Counted from the first letter of the stretch, positions 18,602 through 29,973 are shown. The stretch: 64,000 nucleotides of DNA from Gammaproteobacteria bacterium (GCA_965221955.1 CBDCTA010000028.1:32001-96000); one strand, 5' to 3'. Notes: generated by a model not told the origin, from the letters alone. Numbers and translations: made by a program.

Positions 18602-19039
18602 TTATCGTTGGTTATTTAGAGACCGAAGGTATAAACGTAACGCATAGAATTGTTCTTGACTCAAAGCGTCTTTTGCGATAGTTAATTTAAATTTTTTCGA
18701 ATTACTTTGCAGCATTATTACTACAAAATAATTAAATAACCACGCTGCCGAAACTACTTTCGTTTGGTATACTTTACCGTTGTTAAGCTCTATTCTGCAC
18801 TTATTGTTCGCGATGCAGTTTAAATGTTTTATAGAATCATCTGATGCAATAAAAGCGTAATGTCTAATTACAATAAATGCCATCACGACAATCAGTAATA
18901 TTACTAAACATTTAATCCATATAGGAACTGAGATAAAAACCAGCGAGATGATTGCTAAAGCGTGAAGGAAAACAAAGCTTAAAAATAAAGCTTTGGAAGG
19001 TTTTGCCGAATAGCTGAGATTAAGCGTAGATTTGTTCAA
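18602..19039 (-). CDS. YgfX-like membrane protein
   Basis: Two TM helices, C-terminal D..S...F..LR; overlaps sdhE. Confidence 0.65.
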   Translation of the reverse strand: MNKSTLNLSYSAKPSKALFLSFVFLHALAIISLVFISVPIWIKCLVILLIVVMAFIVIRHYAFIASDDSIKHLNCIANNKCRIELNNGKVYQTKVVSAAWLFNYFVVIMLQSNSKKFKLTIAKDALSQEQFYALRLYLRSLNNQR

Positions 19040-19250
19040 TCACTTTATTAATGTTTTGATCTGCAGAAGTTTGTCTGCCTATCAACAAGTCATATAATTC
19101 AGGATCTTGCATATCCAACATGCGTTCAAAGGCTTGTTGTAATTCTGGCGATGCAGATTGATAAAACTCATTAAGAAATTTCTGCATTAAAACATCCAGC
19201 TCTTTGGTGCCACGTCGACAGCGCCATGCTAGCTTATTTATATTCTCCAC
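19020..19250 (-). CDS. sdhE: succinate dehydrogenase flavinylation factor
   Basis: WRCRRGTKELD motif. Confidence 0.92.
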   Translation of the reverse strand: MENINKLAWRCRRGTKELDVLMQKFLNEFYQSASPELQQAFERMLDMQDPELYDLLIGRQTSADQNINKVIEQIYA

Positions 19251-19287
19251 GAGCTTCTAAATCAGAAAGAACCGAGTAGATTAAAAA

Positions 19288-20070
19288 TTAATTTCTTCGA
19301 GCAGCAATCAACTTTTTAATCTCTGCTATTGACTTTGCAGGGTTTAAATTTTTTGGACAAGTATTCGTACAGTTCATAATTGTATGACAACGATATAGCT
19401 TGAATGGGTCTTCAAGCTCATCCAATCGTTCCCCAGTTGCTTCATCACGACTATCAGCAATCCAACGATATGCTTGCAATAATGCTGCAGGACCAAGATA
19501 GCGATCACTGTTCCACCAATAACTAGGGCAACTTGTAGAACAACACGCACAAAGAATGCATTCTTCTAATCCTTCAAGCTTTTCACGGTCTTCCTTTGAC
19601 TGTAATCGCTCACGATCTGGTGGCGGTGGTGTATCTGCCTGCATCCATGGTTTCACAGATGCGTATTGCGCATAGAAATTAGTTAAATCTCCAACCAAAT
19701 CTTTGACTACTGGCAAGTGCGGTAAAGGGTAGATTTTTAAATCTCCTTTATAGTCATCCACAGCTTTAGTGCATGCCAATGTATTGGAGCCATTAATATT
19801 CATTGAACATGAACCACAAATTCCTTCACGACAGGATCTTCTAAAACTTAATGTAGGGTCCATTTCATTTTTGATTTTGATAAGGATATCCAAAATCATT
19901 GGGCCACAATCATCCATATCAACTTCATACGTATCTGTACGAGGGTTTTCTCCAGTATCAGGCTCGTAACGATAAACCGTTACTTTCTTAATATTGTTGC
20001 TATTCGTAGGGCACTTAAATGTTTTGCCCGGTTTAACAACAGAATTTGCTGGGAGTGTAAATTGCGCCAT
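19288..20070 (-). CDS. sdhB: succinate dehydrogenase iron-sulfur subunit
   Basis: [35 protein letters not shown]. Confidence 0.97.
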   Translation of the reverse strand: MAQFTLPANSVVKPGKTFKCPTNSNNIKKVTVYRYEPDTGENPRTDTYEVDMDDCGPMILDILIKIKNEMDPTLSFRRSCREGICGSCSMNINGSNTLACTKAVDDYKGDLKIYPLPHLPVVKDLVGDLTNFYAQYASVKPWMQADTPPPPDRERLQSKEDREKLEGLEECILCACCSTSCPSYWWNSDRYLGPAALLQAYRWIADSRDEATGERLDELEDPFKLYRCHTIMNCTNTCPKNLNPAKSIAEIKKLIAARRN

Positions 20071-20095
20071 TCTCTTTACTCTAATGATTATTAAA

Positions 20096-20213
20096 GAATC
20101 TCTGATTTATTTTGAGATTAGGCAAAAAATATTTAAAAAGCGGAGTGTATATGAATATACATGAATATTTTGAAATATTTTTTAACGACATATTCAGAAT
20201 AAATCAGGAATTC
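20096..20213. mobile_element. MITE-like palindromic element
   Basis: 20-bp TIRs (17/20 match); internal TAGGCAAAAAAT...GTGTAT...TATACATG...TTTTTTAAC shared with 57476-57655. Confidence 0.65.
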
Positions 20214-20214
20214 G

Positions 20215-22005
20215 CTAGTATGTTCTGGCTTTAGGAGGAATCACCTCTACATCGTCGCTTTGTGTATACATATGCACAGGACGGTAGTCGATGGTTACAT
20301 TACCTTTTTCATCTACAGAAACTAAAGAATGTTTCATCCAGTTATCATCATCACGTTCTGGATAATCATCACGTGCTTGTGCGCCACGACTTTCAGTTCG
20401 GTTTAACGCAGATTGAGCCGTTGCTAATGCTTGTGGCATTAGGTTAGTAAGTTCCAAAGTTTCTACTAGATCTGTATTCCAAATCATTGAACGGTCAGTA
20501 ACTTTCAAGTCATCCATTTGATCATTCAAGACACGAAGTTTTTCTAAGCCTTTCTCAATGGATTCACCTGTTCTAAATACTGCAGCATGGTTTTGCATAG
20601 TTTTTTGCATTTCCATACGCAAGTCTGCGGTAGCAACACTGCCATTTGCATGACGCAACTTATCAAATCGATCTAGAACTTTATCTACCGCACCATTTTT
20701 TAATTCACTATGTGGTTGCTTTGGTTTTACAAGCTCTGCTGCACGTATTGCGGCAGCGCGCCCAAATACAACTAAATCAAGTAAGGAGTTAGAACCTAAT
20801 CGATTTGCACCATGGACAGATACACATGCTGCCTCACCAATTGCCATGAGTCCGGGTATGACCGTGTCCGGATCACCATCTTTAAGTGTGACTACTTCAC
20901 CATGATAATTGGTAGGAATTCCCCCCATGTTGTAATGCACAGTAGGAATAACTGGAATGGGTTCTTTTGTTACATCAACCCCTGCAAATATGCGAGCGGA
21001 CTCTGCAATTCCGGGAAGCTTTTCATTAATTAAATCCGCACCTAAATGTTCAAGGTGCAAATGAATATGATCCTTTTCTTCTCCGATACCACGACCTTCG
21101 TTTATTTCCACTGTCATAGAACGGCTGACTACATCACGTGAAGCCAAGTCTTTTGCATTCGGAGCATAACGCTCCATGAAGCGCTCACCATCAGAATTCG
21201 TTAAATAACCACCCTCGCCTCGTACACCTTCAGTAATTAAGCATCCTGCCCCATAAATTCCAGTTGGATGAAACTGAACAAATTCCATATCTTGTAAAGG
21301 AAGCCCGGCACGCAACACCATGCCATTGCCATCACCCGTACAAGTATGTGCAGAGGTACAAGAAAAATAAGTGCGTCCATAACCACCAGTGGCAAGAAGT
21401 ACCATGTGTGCGCGGTAAATATGCAAATCACCCGTGGCTAAATCCCAAGCCATCACACCTTTACAACTACCATCGTCATCCATCAACAAATCAGTCGCAA
21501 AATATTCAATAAAAAATTCAGCATTATGTTTTAAGGATTGCTGATACAAGGTATGCAAAATTGCATGACCTGTACGATCGGCTGCAGCACAGGTTCGTTG
21601 TGCAATTCCTTCACCATAATGCGTTGTCATACCTCCGAACGGACGCTGATAAATCTTTCCTGCATCAGTTCGAGAAAATGGCACACCATAATGCTCAAGT
21701 TCTACTACCGCAGGAATAGCTTCGCGGCACATATATTCAATTGCGTCTTGATCACCTAACCAATCAGAACCTTTTACGGTGTCATACATATGCCAACGCC
21801 AGTCATCTTCACCCATATTACCGAGTGCTGCACTCATTCCACCTTGTGCTGCAACAGTATGACTACGTGTAGGAAACACTTTTGTGATGCATGCAGTAGA
21901 TAGACCACTTACTGCCATACCTAATGTTGCACGCAAGCCAGCGCCGCCCGCGCCAACTACTACTACATCATAAGCATGCTCAATTACGTTGTACGCTTTA
22001 CTCAT
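20215..22005 (-). CDS. sdhA: succinate dehydrogenase flavoprotein
   Basis: [33 protein letters not shown]. Confidence 0.98.
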   Translation of the reverse strand: MSKAYNVIEHAYDVVVVGAGGAGLRATLGMAVSGLSTACITKVFPTRSHTVAAQGGMSAALGNMGEDDWRWHMYDTVKGSDWLGDQDAIEYMCREAIPAVVELEHYGVPFSRTDAGKIYQRPFGGMTTHYGEGIAQRTCAAADRTGHAILHTLYQQSLKHNAEFFIEYFATDLLMDDDGSCKGVMAWDLATGDLHIYRAHMVLLATGGYGRTYFSCTSAHTCTGDGNGMVLRAGLPLQDMEFVQFHPTGIYGAGCLITEGVRGEGGYLTNSDGERFMERYAPNAKDLASRDVVSRSMTVEINEGRGIGEEKDHIHLHLEHLGADLINEKLPGIAESARIFAGVDVTKEPIPVIPTVHYNMGGIPTNYHGEVVTLKDGDPDTVIPGLMAIGEAACVSVHGANRLGSNSLLDLVVFGRAAAIRAAELVKPKQPHSELKNGAVDKVLDRFDKLRHANGSVATADLRMEMQKTMQNHAAVFRTGESIEKGLEKLRVLNDQMDDLKVTDRSMIWNTDLVETLELTNLMPQALATAQSALNRTESRGAQARDDYPERDDDNWMKHSLVSVDEKGNVTIDYRPVHMYTQSDDVEVIPPKARTY

Positions 22006-22015
22006 AGTTAAATTT

Positions 22016-22387
22016 TTATAAAAAGATTTTTAGTAACGCAACAATTCCAACCACTGCGAGCACAATACATAGAAAATTAATAATGACTAAAGTCGCTATT
22101 TTCAACCATCCATGCACATAGTCTTCAACAATTACCTGTAGCCCTAGCTGCGTGTGATAAAAAGTTGCCACAATAAATAAAATGAGTGCGACTACAACAT
22201 ATGGGTTTGATAACCAAGAAACTACAGACTCATAACTAGCATTTCCCAAACAAGCCACTGCAAAAACAAACCAAATAGCTAGCGGCACCAATGCAACTGC
22301 AGTGAGTCTTTGCAGCCACCAATGGCTTGCACCTTCTTTTGCAGAACCTAAACCTTTGGCTTCAGATAATGGTGTACGTAGTGACAT
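22016..22387 (-). CDS. sdhD: succinate dehydrogenase membrane anchor
   Basis: Start moved to MSLRTPL; [17 protein letters not shown]. Confidence 0.93.
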   Translation of the reverse strand: MSLRTPLSEAKGLGSAKEGASHWWLQRLTAVALVPLAIWFVFAVACLGNASYESVVSWLSNPYVVVALILFIVATFYHTQLGLQVIVEDYVHGWLKIATLVIINFLCIVLAVVGIVALLKIFL

Positions 22388-22398
22388 AAGATTTAACT

Positions 22399-22776
22399 TT
22401 AGTAAGCTACCCACCACACAGCAATGGTGAGTATAAGTGTTGCAAGGATTACCCAAATACCAGATTTGAATGTTGTACCTTTTTCAAATCCATAGCCTGC
22501 GTCCCAAAATAAATGACGAATTCCATTAAAGAGATGTAAAAATAGCGCGAAGGTCCATAGAAACAAAAACGCTTTGCCAATTTTGCTTGCAAGAATTCCT
22601 CTGATCCACTCATAACACTCAGGATCTGAAGCCACTGAAACTAAAACCGCTACCATTAAAACAGCACCTATTGCGAGCGCAACACCCGTAACACGGTGAA
22701 GAATTGAAATTGCCATGGCTAATGGCCATTTATAAATTCCCAAATGTGGCGATAATGGCCGCTGACTACCCGCCAT
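22399..22776 (-). CDS. sdhC: succinate dehydrogenase cytochrome b556
   Basis: RPLSPHL, SILHRVTG, HLFNGIRHLFWD. Confidence 0.95.
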   Translation of the reverse strand: MAGSQRPLSPHLGIYKWPLAMAISILHRVTGVALAIGAVLMVAVLVSVASDPECYEWIRGILASKIGKAFLFLWTFALFLHLFNGIRHLFWDAGYGFEKGTTFKSGIWVILATLILTIAVWWVAY

Positions 22777-23046
22777 GAAGCTCCTCTTTAATACCTAGCT
22801 AATGCACCTCAGAAACCACTTATCCCGGTATCCATTTACCGTCATCCATTTAGTAGAGGTGATGAAATCGATTTATTATGGTCTGAATACTACCCGATTG
22901 ACACAGGATATTGAACATATCTCTAAAGAAATGCGAGTAATAACAATCGCTTAAATGATTTTAATTCTATGATTTATGATAGATTCTGAGTCTTAAACCT
23001 ATTTTACATGAAATAAAAGTTAGCTTGGTTACATTTTAAACAGCAA

Positions 23047-24099
23047 ATGAATAAAAACTGGCAAGAATTCTTATCTACTCAAGGAGCAGTGTTGGACAAC
23101 AACGTCGTTCAAGGCTTTGAGCCATTTGAGGCTCCTTACTATTCAGAGGAAGAAACTTACCTTTGTGACCTATCATCCTATGGAATCATTCAGGCTACAG
23201 GTGAAGATACACAATCTTTCTTACATGGCCAATTCACCAATGACCTCAACCACGTTACAGAAACAATAAGCCAAATAAGTGGTTACTGTAATCCTAAAGG
23301 AAGATTACTTAGTGTGTTTCGAGTATTTATATATGAAAACAAATATTTTCTACTCATGCCAAAAGATGTGCTTGAGCCTGTACTTAACAAACTCTCCATG
23401 TTCAAACTCATGGCAAAAGTAGATTTAACAGATGTTTCAAATGACTTTGCAGTTTTTGGGCTAGCTGGAGCCCGCACCGAATACATACTTGATGAAAACG
23501 AAATGCAGCTTCCTCTAAAGACTGATCACTGCATTCAATACGATGGAGCTACAGTAATCAATGTTCCTGGCGTAACGTCTCGTGCTCTTTTTATTTCTAC
23601 ACCTGAAAAAGCAGAGAAAATTTGGAATGCATTATCAGAAAAGTCAAAAAAAACATCATCAAATATTTGGCAGCTTTACGACATACATGCAGGTATTCCA
23701 CAAATAACTAGCGAAACATTTGAAGCGTTCACACCACAGATGGTGAACTTAGAACTCATTGGTGGAGTAAATTTTCAAAAAGGTTGTTATCCTGGTCAAG
23801 AAATTGTTGCAAGGACTCATTACTTAGGCAAACCTAATAGGAGGATGTATAAAATAGATAGTCTTGCAGAGCAAACTTTCCCGCCAAGCACTAATATATA
23901 CTCGGAAGAAGATGGTGAACAACCAGTTGGTAAAATTGTGAGCTGTGTTAGATTTACGAGAGACAATATTTCCGCGCTTACTGTATTAAGAACTGAAAGA
24001 GAAAATAGCAACCACCTAAAAATTGGAGCAATAAATGGCCCCACTGCATTAATCAGAACTTTGCCTTATGACCTTAATCCAAATGATTCCTCAACATAG
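23047..24099 (+). CDS. ygfZ: folate-binding Fe-S/tRNA modification protein YgfZ
   Basis: KGCYPGQEIVAR motif. Confidence 0.93.
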   Translation: MNKNWQEFLSTQGAVLDNNVVQGFEPFEAPYYSEEETYLCDLSSYGIIQATGEDTQSFLHGQFTNDLNHVTETISQISGYCNPKGRLLSVFRVFIYENKYFLLMPKDVLEPVLNKLSMFKLMAKVDLTDVSNDFAVFGLAGARTEYILDENEMQLPLKTDHCIQYDGATVINVPGVTSRALFISTPEKAEKIWNALSEKSKKTSSNIWQLYDIHAGIPQITSETFEAFTPQMVNLELIGGVNFQKGCYPGQEIVARTHYLGKPNRRMYKIDSLAEQTFPPSTNIYSEEDGEQPVGKIVSCVRFTRDNISALTVLRTERENSNHLKIGAINGPTALIRTLPYDLNPNDSST

Positions 24100-24160
24100 G
24101 AATAAAATGTCTTCTATATCTATAGAAGTGTTTCAAATATTGATCAATTAACATTGAACA

Positions 24161-25297
24161 TTAAAACTCTATAGAGAATTGTGCGGCAAATAAATTACGG
24201 TCCTCAAGTTCTCTATCTTCATCATCAAAAACAAAACTTTTTTCAAATTTTCCATATAAATATTCTGCTGTAACACTTACCCTATCTTTAGGCCGCCATG
24301 TTGTGGATATACCATATTGGTTTTTAGGCTCATCAGAATATTCATGAGATTCTTCATAACGCAAAGAAAATTGTATAAGTGGATTATAAAAATAAGCTAA
24401 TTCAATATTAAATGCAGAGGGTTTATCCTCTTGTTTTTCAAACTCTCTAAAATGCCGCAATGCAGTAACATGTTCTGCAGTAATTTCAAAATGATTAATA
24501 CCCAACAATGCATAAACATTTAATGCATCTACTCTATTTTGGTAAATATTATTTTCATCTCTTAAAAATCTCTCATCACTTTCAGATAAATCAGAGAGGT
24601 AACCAATACCAAATCTAATAGATTCTGCCATCGACACAAACTCAAAATTTACACCCCAATCATATTCAGTATTTCTGTCTAATTTTTCTGAATCACTATC
24701 GATAACAAATGCACTGACCTCAAATTTTTCAAAAAAGGAATAATCAATTATTAGCCCATTCCTAATTGTTTCTCCAAATTCTAATAATGGCCCTGTTATA
24801 AAGTGACTGTAATATTCGCCAAAAGGAATAGAAAGTTTACCAACCTCGACCCCCAAACCGATCTCATCAAAATCTAAGTATACGAATGCCTCATCCATTC
24901 GTGCAGTATGCTTATCCCCATCATGTTCTACCTCATATACAATTTCTGAGCCAAACCACTCGGTAAAATTTAACTCTAACCCAAACTGAACAGTTGGGGT
25001 TGTATTACCATATTCGCGATTTTTTTTATTATTCTTTAAATTTTCTTCGAAATACTCTTTTTCAACTTCCAGCAATCCTGAAAACGCAAGCCACTCATTT
25101 AGTTCTGTTACTAGTCCTGCCTCTCTTCTCTCATCTGGGGTGCGATAAATTCGTGCTTTTTCAGATTCACTTGCTTGAAGCTCATTAGAAAACAATACAC
25201 CAACAACACAAACGATGGATGTTAATAAAATTAACAAGATTCGTTTTTTAAATTTTATGGCTTCTATCAACATCAGAATAAAAAGTCGAAAATACAA
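24161..25297 (-). CDS. outer-membrane beta-barrel, LbtU-like porin
   Basis: SGLLEVE, PFGEY..HFITGPL, C-terminal AAQFSIEF; start uncertain. Confidence 0.65.
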   Translation of the reverse strand: MYFRLFILMLIEAIKFKKRILLILLTSIVCVVGVLFSNELQASESEKARIYRTPDERREAGLVTELNEWLAFSGLLEVEKEYFEENLKNNKKNREYGNTTPTVQFGLELNFTEWFGSEIVYEVEHDGDKHTARMDEAFVYLDFDEIGLGVEVGKLSIPFGEYYSHFITGPLLEFGETIRNGLIIDYSFFEKFEVSAFVIDSDSEKLDRNTEYDWGVNFEFVSMAESIRFGIGYLSDLSESDERFLRDENNIYQNRVDALNVYALLGINHFEITAEHVTALRHFREFEKQEDKPSAFNIELAYFYNPLIQFSLRYEESHEYSDEPKNQYGISTTWRPKDRVSVTAEYLYGKFEKSFVFDDEDRELEDRNLFAAQFSIEF

Positions 25298-25532
25298 TTA
25301 CCATCTACGCTATATTAAATATTTCTATATCTCAGTGATATAAATTAAAGTACCTTATAAAAATCACTAAAAGTTAACCATATGGTAATGTTTTATTGTA
25401 TGAATTGTCTTACCGTTACACTACAACATAGGAGTTTTTAGTAAAATTATTTAGAATACTCGTATTGGTGCTATAGCCCGAAATATCATAGGTTTAATCT
25501 AGATTCGGCTGTAATTTAAGAGATAGCTATCC

Positions 25533-26213
25533 ATGAAATTACTTTTAATAGAAGATGACTTAGTAATTGCAGATTTTATTCAAAAAGGGATGAAAGAAGC
25601 TGGATTTGCGATTGATCATATGCAAGATGGTCAAATGGGCCTAAGCGCTGCATTGAATTACACATACGACCTTGCGATTATTGACTTAATGCTACCTAAA
25701 CTTGATGGCATTTCAATTATTGACCGAATCCGCCAAAAAAAACTAAACCTACCCATCATAATTTTAAGTGCAAAAAGAACTGTGGATGATCGTATTGATG
25801 GTTTACAACATGGCAGTGATGATTACCTAACTAAACCCTTCTCGTTCAGCGAACTATTAGCAAGAGTAGAAGCAGTATTACGTCGGTCGAATAATACTAT
25901 AGAGCCCACAAACTTAAATATAAGCAATTTATCTCTAGACCTTCTAGCTCGTACTGTAGTGAGAGATAACAAAAAAATTGACCTTCAACCCAAAGAATTT
26001 GCATTACTTGAATATCTTGTAAGAAACACTGGTCACGTAGTTTCCAAAACGATGATTATGGAAAGAGTTTGGAACTACGACTTTGATCCTGGAACAAATG
26101 TAGTGGAAGCACGCATAAGTAAGCTCAGAGAAAAAATAGACAAAGGTTTTGACACACAACTGATCCACACTGTTCGAGGATTAGGGTACGTTCTTAAAGA
26201 AACATATGTTTAA
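25533..26213 (+). CDS. OmpR/CusR-family response regulator
   Basis: LLIEDD, DLMLP, DDYLTKPF, LIHTVRGLGY. Confidence 0.93.
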   Translation: MKLLLIEDDLVIADFIQKGMKEAGFAIDHMQDGQMGLSAALNYTYDLAIIDLMLPKLDGISIIDRIRQKKLNLPIIILSAKRTVDDRIDGLQHGSDDYLTKPFSFSELLARVEAVLRRSNNTIEPTNLNISNLSLDLLARTVVRDNKKIDLQPKEFALLEYLVRNTGHVVSKTMIMERVWNYDFDPGTNVVEARISKLREKIDKGFDTQLIHTVRGLGYVLKETYV

Positions 26214-27594
26214 ATCAAGACACACTTTATCATTCAGACTCACAGCATGGTTCACTGCTACCTTTGTTACTATTTTTATTATTGCTATAGGGCTACTATA
26301 TTTTTTAACTAATTCTGCGCTTAACAACCGTATAAACGACGATCTTATTGATGATATTGAAGAGTTTAGAACTCTATATAACAAGGGAGGAATCTCTGAG
26401 CTGAGACATGAAATAATAAATGAAATATTAACAGAGGATATGTCATCAGAATTTATAAGAATACTTGATGAAAATGGTGATCAAATATTTTCTTCTGACT
26501 TATCACACTGGAAGGGACTGCATACAATTGAAACGGTCTTGCAACGAGCAGTCGACGTTCATCCAAAACCTATTCTAGAAACTGTGAAATTTCGAGATCA
26601 GGAATACAAAACAAGAATAATCTATGGACTCATTGCTCCCAATATTATAGCTCAACTAGGCGAGTCGACTGAAGAAAAACAAGAAATTATGGAACTTCTT
26701 CCATTAGCACTGCTACCGTTATTTTTTATCATGTTGCCCTTTGCGTCATTTATTGGATGGCTAGTAGCAAGACAAGCTGTAAAAGATATACAAGAAGTAA
26801 GCGATGCAGTATTAGATATCGAGAAAGGTGAGTTTGATCGTCGCGTAACAATTAATTCTAAAAGCACTGAAATCCAAATACTTGCGAATACTTTTAACAA
26901 TATGGCAGCACGCATTCGTTCCCTGATTAATGAGATGAGAGAAATGATAGATAATATAGCTCATGACATGCGAAGCCCAGTTGGCAGAATTAGAGCGATC
27001 TCGGAAGGAGCTTTATCAAGTAAAGACTCAATAACTGAATACCAATCTGCAGCAGCGGATACTTTGGAAGAATGCGATCGACTTATCCAAATGATTAATA
27101 CAACGCTCGATGTAGCTGAAACAGAAGCTGGTGTTGGCAATATGCAGAAACAGGACATTAATGTTTCTGAACTTGTTGAAGGTGCATGTGAATTATTCAG
27201 CCCTGCTGCAGAAGAAAAAAATATCGATTTAACTTGCCAAGTATTACCAAATCGTCATATTCAAGGTAATGAACAAAATATTTTAAGGATGCTAGCTAAC
27301 TTATTAGATAATGCCCTCAAATACACACCTGAGAATGGCAAAGTAACCATAAATTTGACAAATAATCCTCAAACAGTACGTATTGCAGTGAAAGATTCTG
27401 GAATTGGTATACCAAAATCTGAACATAACAGAGTTTTTGATCGCTTTTACAGATGTGACAGTAGTCGTACTACAAATGGTTGTGGTTTAGGTTTAAGTTT
27501 TTCCATAGCTGTTGCGCGAGCACACAACGGTGATATCACGCTTGAAAGTTCTCCTAACATTGGAAGCACTTTTACAATTACTCTTCCAAAATAA
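26206..27594 (+). CDS. HAMP sensor histidine kinase
   Basis: Two TMs, AHDMRSP, NLLDNALKY, DSGIGI, GCGLGL. Confidence 0.93.
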   Translation: MFKSRHTLSFRLTAWFTATFVTIFIIAIGLLYFLTNSALNNRINDDLIDDIEEFRTLYNKGGISELRHEIINEILTEDMSSEFIRILDENGDQIFSSDLSHWKGLHTIETVLQRAVDVHPKPILETVKFRDQEYKTRIIYGLIAPNIIAQLGESTEEKQEIMELLPLALLPLFFIMLPFASFIGWLVARQAVKDIQEVSDAVLDIEKGEFDRRVTINSKSTEIQILANTFNNMAARIRSLINEMREMIDNIAHDMRSPVGRIRAISEGALSSKDSITEYQSAAADTLEECDRLIQMINTTLDVAETEAGVGNMQKQDINVSELVEGACELFSPAAEEKNIDLTCQVLPNRHIQGNEQNILRMLANLLDNALKYTPENGKVTINLTNNPQTVRIAVKDSGIGIPKSEHNRVFDRFYRCDSSRTTNGCGLGLSFSIAVARAHNGDITLESSPNIGSTFTITLPK

Positions 27595-27611
27595 ATTTAT
27601 TCAATACACTT

Positions 27612-27651
27612 AGTTACTTTAATATTACTAAATAGTAATACTAAAGTAACT
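27612..27651. promoter_or_regulatory. palindrome containing an ATTAC-N6-GTAAT box
   Basis: AGTTACTTTA...ATTACTAAATAGTAAT...TAAAGTAACT. Confidence 0.5.
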
Positions 27652-27715
27652 TTCAAGTTAGCTTTCTGACTTACCTTTATGGCTATGTTAATTTCATATC
27701 ATAGTTATAGCCATA

Positions 27716-28858
27716 ATGAAAATTGCGCATGTTCTAGGTTCATTTGATCGAACAGGTGTAACGACTGTTGTCTTAAGAATTTCTAAGTCCATGTCTGACT
27801 ATGGACATAATGTTGACATTATAGTTTGGAACGATAACAACATTCCCATATTGCCAAAAAATATAAATATAATTTTCATTAAAATTTTTGGGCTATCAAG
27901 AAGACCATTAATAGGTAAATATTTTAGAAAACTTCATAAACGTTTATTTAAAGATGTAATTTATAGTTTTTTATACTCTACATTCTTCTCAAGAAATTTT
28001 GACAAAGTTATAAATAAAAATCGATATGACATTATTTACTTTCATGGAATGAGATATTACCCCTTTCATAAGACAAAATTACCTCACATAGTTGTTGCGC
28101 ACAGCGTAAAATCTTTAAGCCTTCTAAATTCCTCCAACTCTTTAGTAAACTCATTAAACAATTTATGCTTAAAAAGAATATATAAAAACAAAACCATACT
28201 TACTGTTTCAAATGGAGTTAGAGAAGATTTAATAAATAATTTTTCTGCAAATAAAAATAAAATATTTTGCGTATATAATCCTTTCAATATACAAGATATA
28301 AAAGAAAAAGCTGACCATTTCGTTCCAGATATATATTCACCTCATGGCTACATAATCTCAATCGGAAGATCATGCAAAACAAAACGTTTTGACTTATTGT
28401 TGGATGCTTATGCTTTATCAGGAATAAAAGAACATTTGTTAATAATTGGATCCAATGCAAAACATTTTTCAAGATTAAAAAAATATGCGAAAAATTTAAA
28501 TATTGATAACTTGGTTCACTTCATACCACACCAAGAGAATATCTTTCCTTTTATTAAAAATGCAAAGCTGACAGTAGTCACGTCAGAATACGAAGGATTC
28601 GGAAATACGATTGTTGAGTCACTAATTTGTGGAGTACCTGTAGTTAGCACAGATTGTAACTTTGGCCCAAGAGAAATCTTGACAGGGAAAATGCAAAAAT
28701 ATCTAGTAAAAAATAATGACCCTAATGATATTAGTAAAAAAATACGAAAATGCTTAAATGAAAAACCTAAAATAGAATCACACAATTATAGAAGATTCGA
28801 AGACAAAAGGATTGTAACTAAATATTTTGAACATTCTATAAATATTACCAATCAATAA
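27716..28858 (+). CDS. GT4-family glycosyltransferase
   Basis: SEYEGFGNTIVESLICGVPVVSTDC, GPREIL. Confidence 0.88.
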   Translation: MKIAHVLGSFDRTGVTTVVLRISKSMSDYGHNVDIIVWNDNNIPILPKNINIIFIKIFGLSRRPLIGKYFRKLHKRLFKDVIYSFLYSTFFSRNFDKVINKNRYDIIYFHGMRYYPFHKTKLPHIVVAHSVKSLSLLNSSNSLVNSLNNLCLKRIYKNKTILTVSNGVREDLINNFSANKNKIFCVYNPFNIQDIKEKADHFVPDIYSPHGYIISIGRSCKTKRFDLLLDAYALSGIKEHLLIIGSNAKHFSRLKKYAKNLNIDNLVHFIPHQENIFPFIKNAKLTVVTSEYEGFGNTIVESLICGVPVVSTDCNFGPREILTGKMQKYLVKNNDPNDISKKIRKCLNEKPKIESHNYRRFEDKRIVTKYFEHSINITNQ

Positions 28859-28934
28859 TCTTGTAATTATCTATAAGCAATGTTTTGCATGTAACTTCCT
28901 TATTGAATCAGTAAATCAAATACGGGAGAACAAT

Positions 28935-29960
28935 ATGAAAACATTTAAATCGAGAAATATATTTTTATATATTTTACCACTACTATTACTAATACCTTTC
29001 ACCTCAACAAGCTTATTTGCTAGCCATTACAATAAACAAGAACGTTCATGCACTAAGACAGCGAAATTCCTTAACTATGCATGTGGCTTCGAAGTTAGAG
29101 ATGACTATTTGGCAGGTATTGCGATTTGCTTAAATGAGTCAGATGAAGATGAAAAGCGCGACTGTCTAAAAGAAGCAAAAGTTACTCAACGTGAGTCATA
29201 TAATGAATGCCGCGAAGTGTTTAGAGCACGAAAAGCGTTATGTGGAGACATAGGTGAAGAACCCTATGACCCCCCATTCGGAGAGGATTTTGCCGAGAAT
29301 TTTGTAGACCCGACAGAGATTGGAAAGAGTATATCACCAAACCCTTACTTTCCATTAGTCGAAGGAAACAAATGGGTGCTTGAAGGTAAGGCAGTAAATG
29401 AAGAAGGCGAAGAAGAAGTCGAAATCATTACAGTTACAGTAACCGATCAAACTAAACTCATTGACGGTATCACATGTGTAACTGTAATTGATGTTGCAGA
29501 AGTTGACAAAGAAGTACAAGAAATTACAGATGATTGGTATGCACAAGACATTTATGGAAATGTTTGGTATTGCGGTGAAGTTTCACGCAATTTTGAATCT
29601 TTTGAGGGAGACGATCCTGAGTTTCCAGAACTCACAGATCTAGATGGCTCGTGGAAAGCTGGTCGTGATGGCGCTAAAGCAGGAATACTATTACCTTCAG
29701 TACCAGTTGTTGGCGATATATTTAGACAAGAAGTTGCATGGGGAGATGCAGAAGATGTAATCGAAATTCTAGCCACTGATGCTACTGAGTCAGCGCCTGG
29801 AGGATCATGTAATGGTAATTGTCTCCAAACAAGAGATTTCACTCCCCTTGATGCAGAAGCGAATGAAAATAAATTCTATTCCCCAGGTATTGGGTTGATT
29901 CTTGAAATTGATTTAGATACAGGTGATCGAGTAGAACTAATCGAATTCATTTCAAATTAA
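28935..29960 (+). CDS. secreted acidic, Cys-containing hypothetical protein
   Basis: Signal peptide; NPYFPL, DWYAQD..GNVWYCGE, SWKAGRDGA. Confidence 0.75.
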   Translation: MKTFKSRNIFLYILPLLLLIPFTSTSLFASHYNKQERSCTKTAKFLNYACGFEVRDDYLAGIAICLNESDEDEKRDCLKEAKVTQRESYNECREVFRARKALCGDIGEEPYDPPFGEDFAENFVDPTEIGKSISPNPYFPLVEGNKWVLEGKAVNEEGEEEVEIITVTVTDQTKLIDGITCVTVIDVAEVDKEVQEITDDWYAQDIYGNVWYCGEVSRNFESFEGDDPEFPELTDLDGSWKAGRDGAKAGILLPSVPVVGDIFRQEVAWGDAEDVIEILATDATESAPGGSCNGNCLQTRDFTPLDAEANENKFYSPGIGLILEIDLDTGDRVELIEFISN

Positions 29961-29973
29961 CTCTGAACAAGTT

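Noticed and set aside
22388-22456. Long N-terminus of sdhD in the ORF track
   Set aside because: Overlaps sdhC; family similarity begins at MSLRTPL (22387).
19288-22776. Mitochondrial/alphaproteobacterial-like flavour of sdhCDAB as recent transfer
   Set aside because: This SDH type occurs in several gammaproteobacterial lineages, and the ygfZ/sdhE/ygfX context looks native; it cannot be supported without phylogeny.
24103-24132. AAATGTC-starting palindrome after ygfZ as another cassette site
   Set aside because: Lacks the CGCTTT arm and the SRGTCR core; likely an unrelated hairpin between convergent genes.
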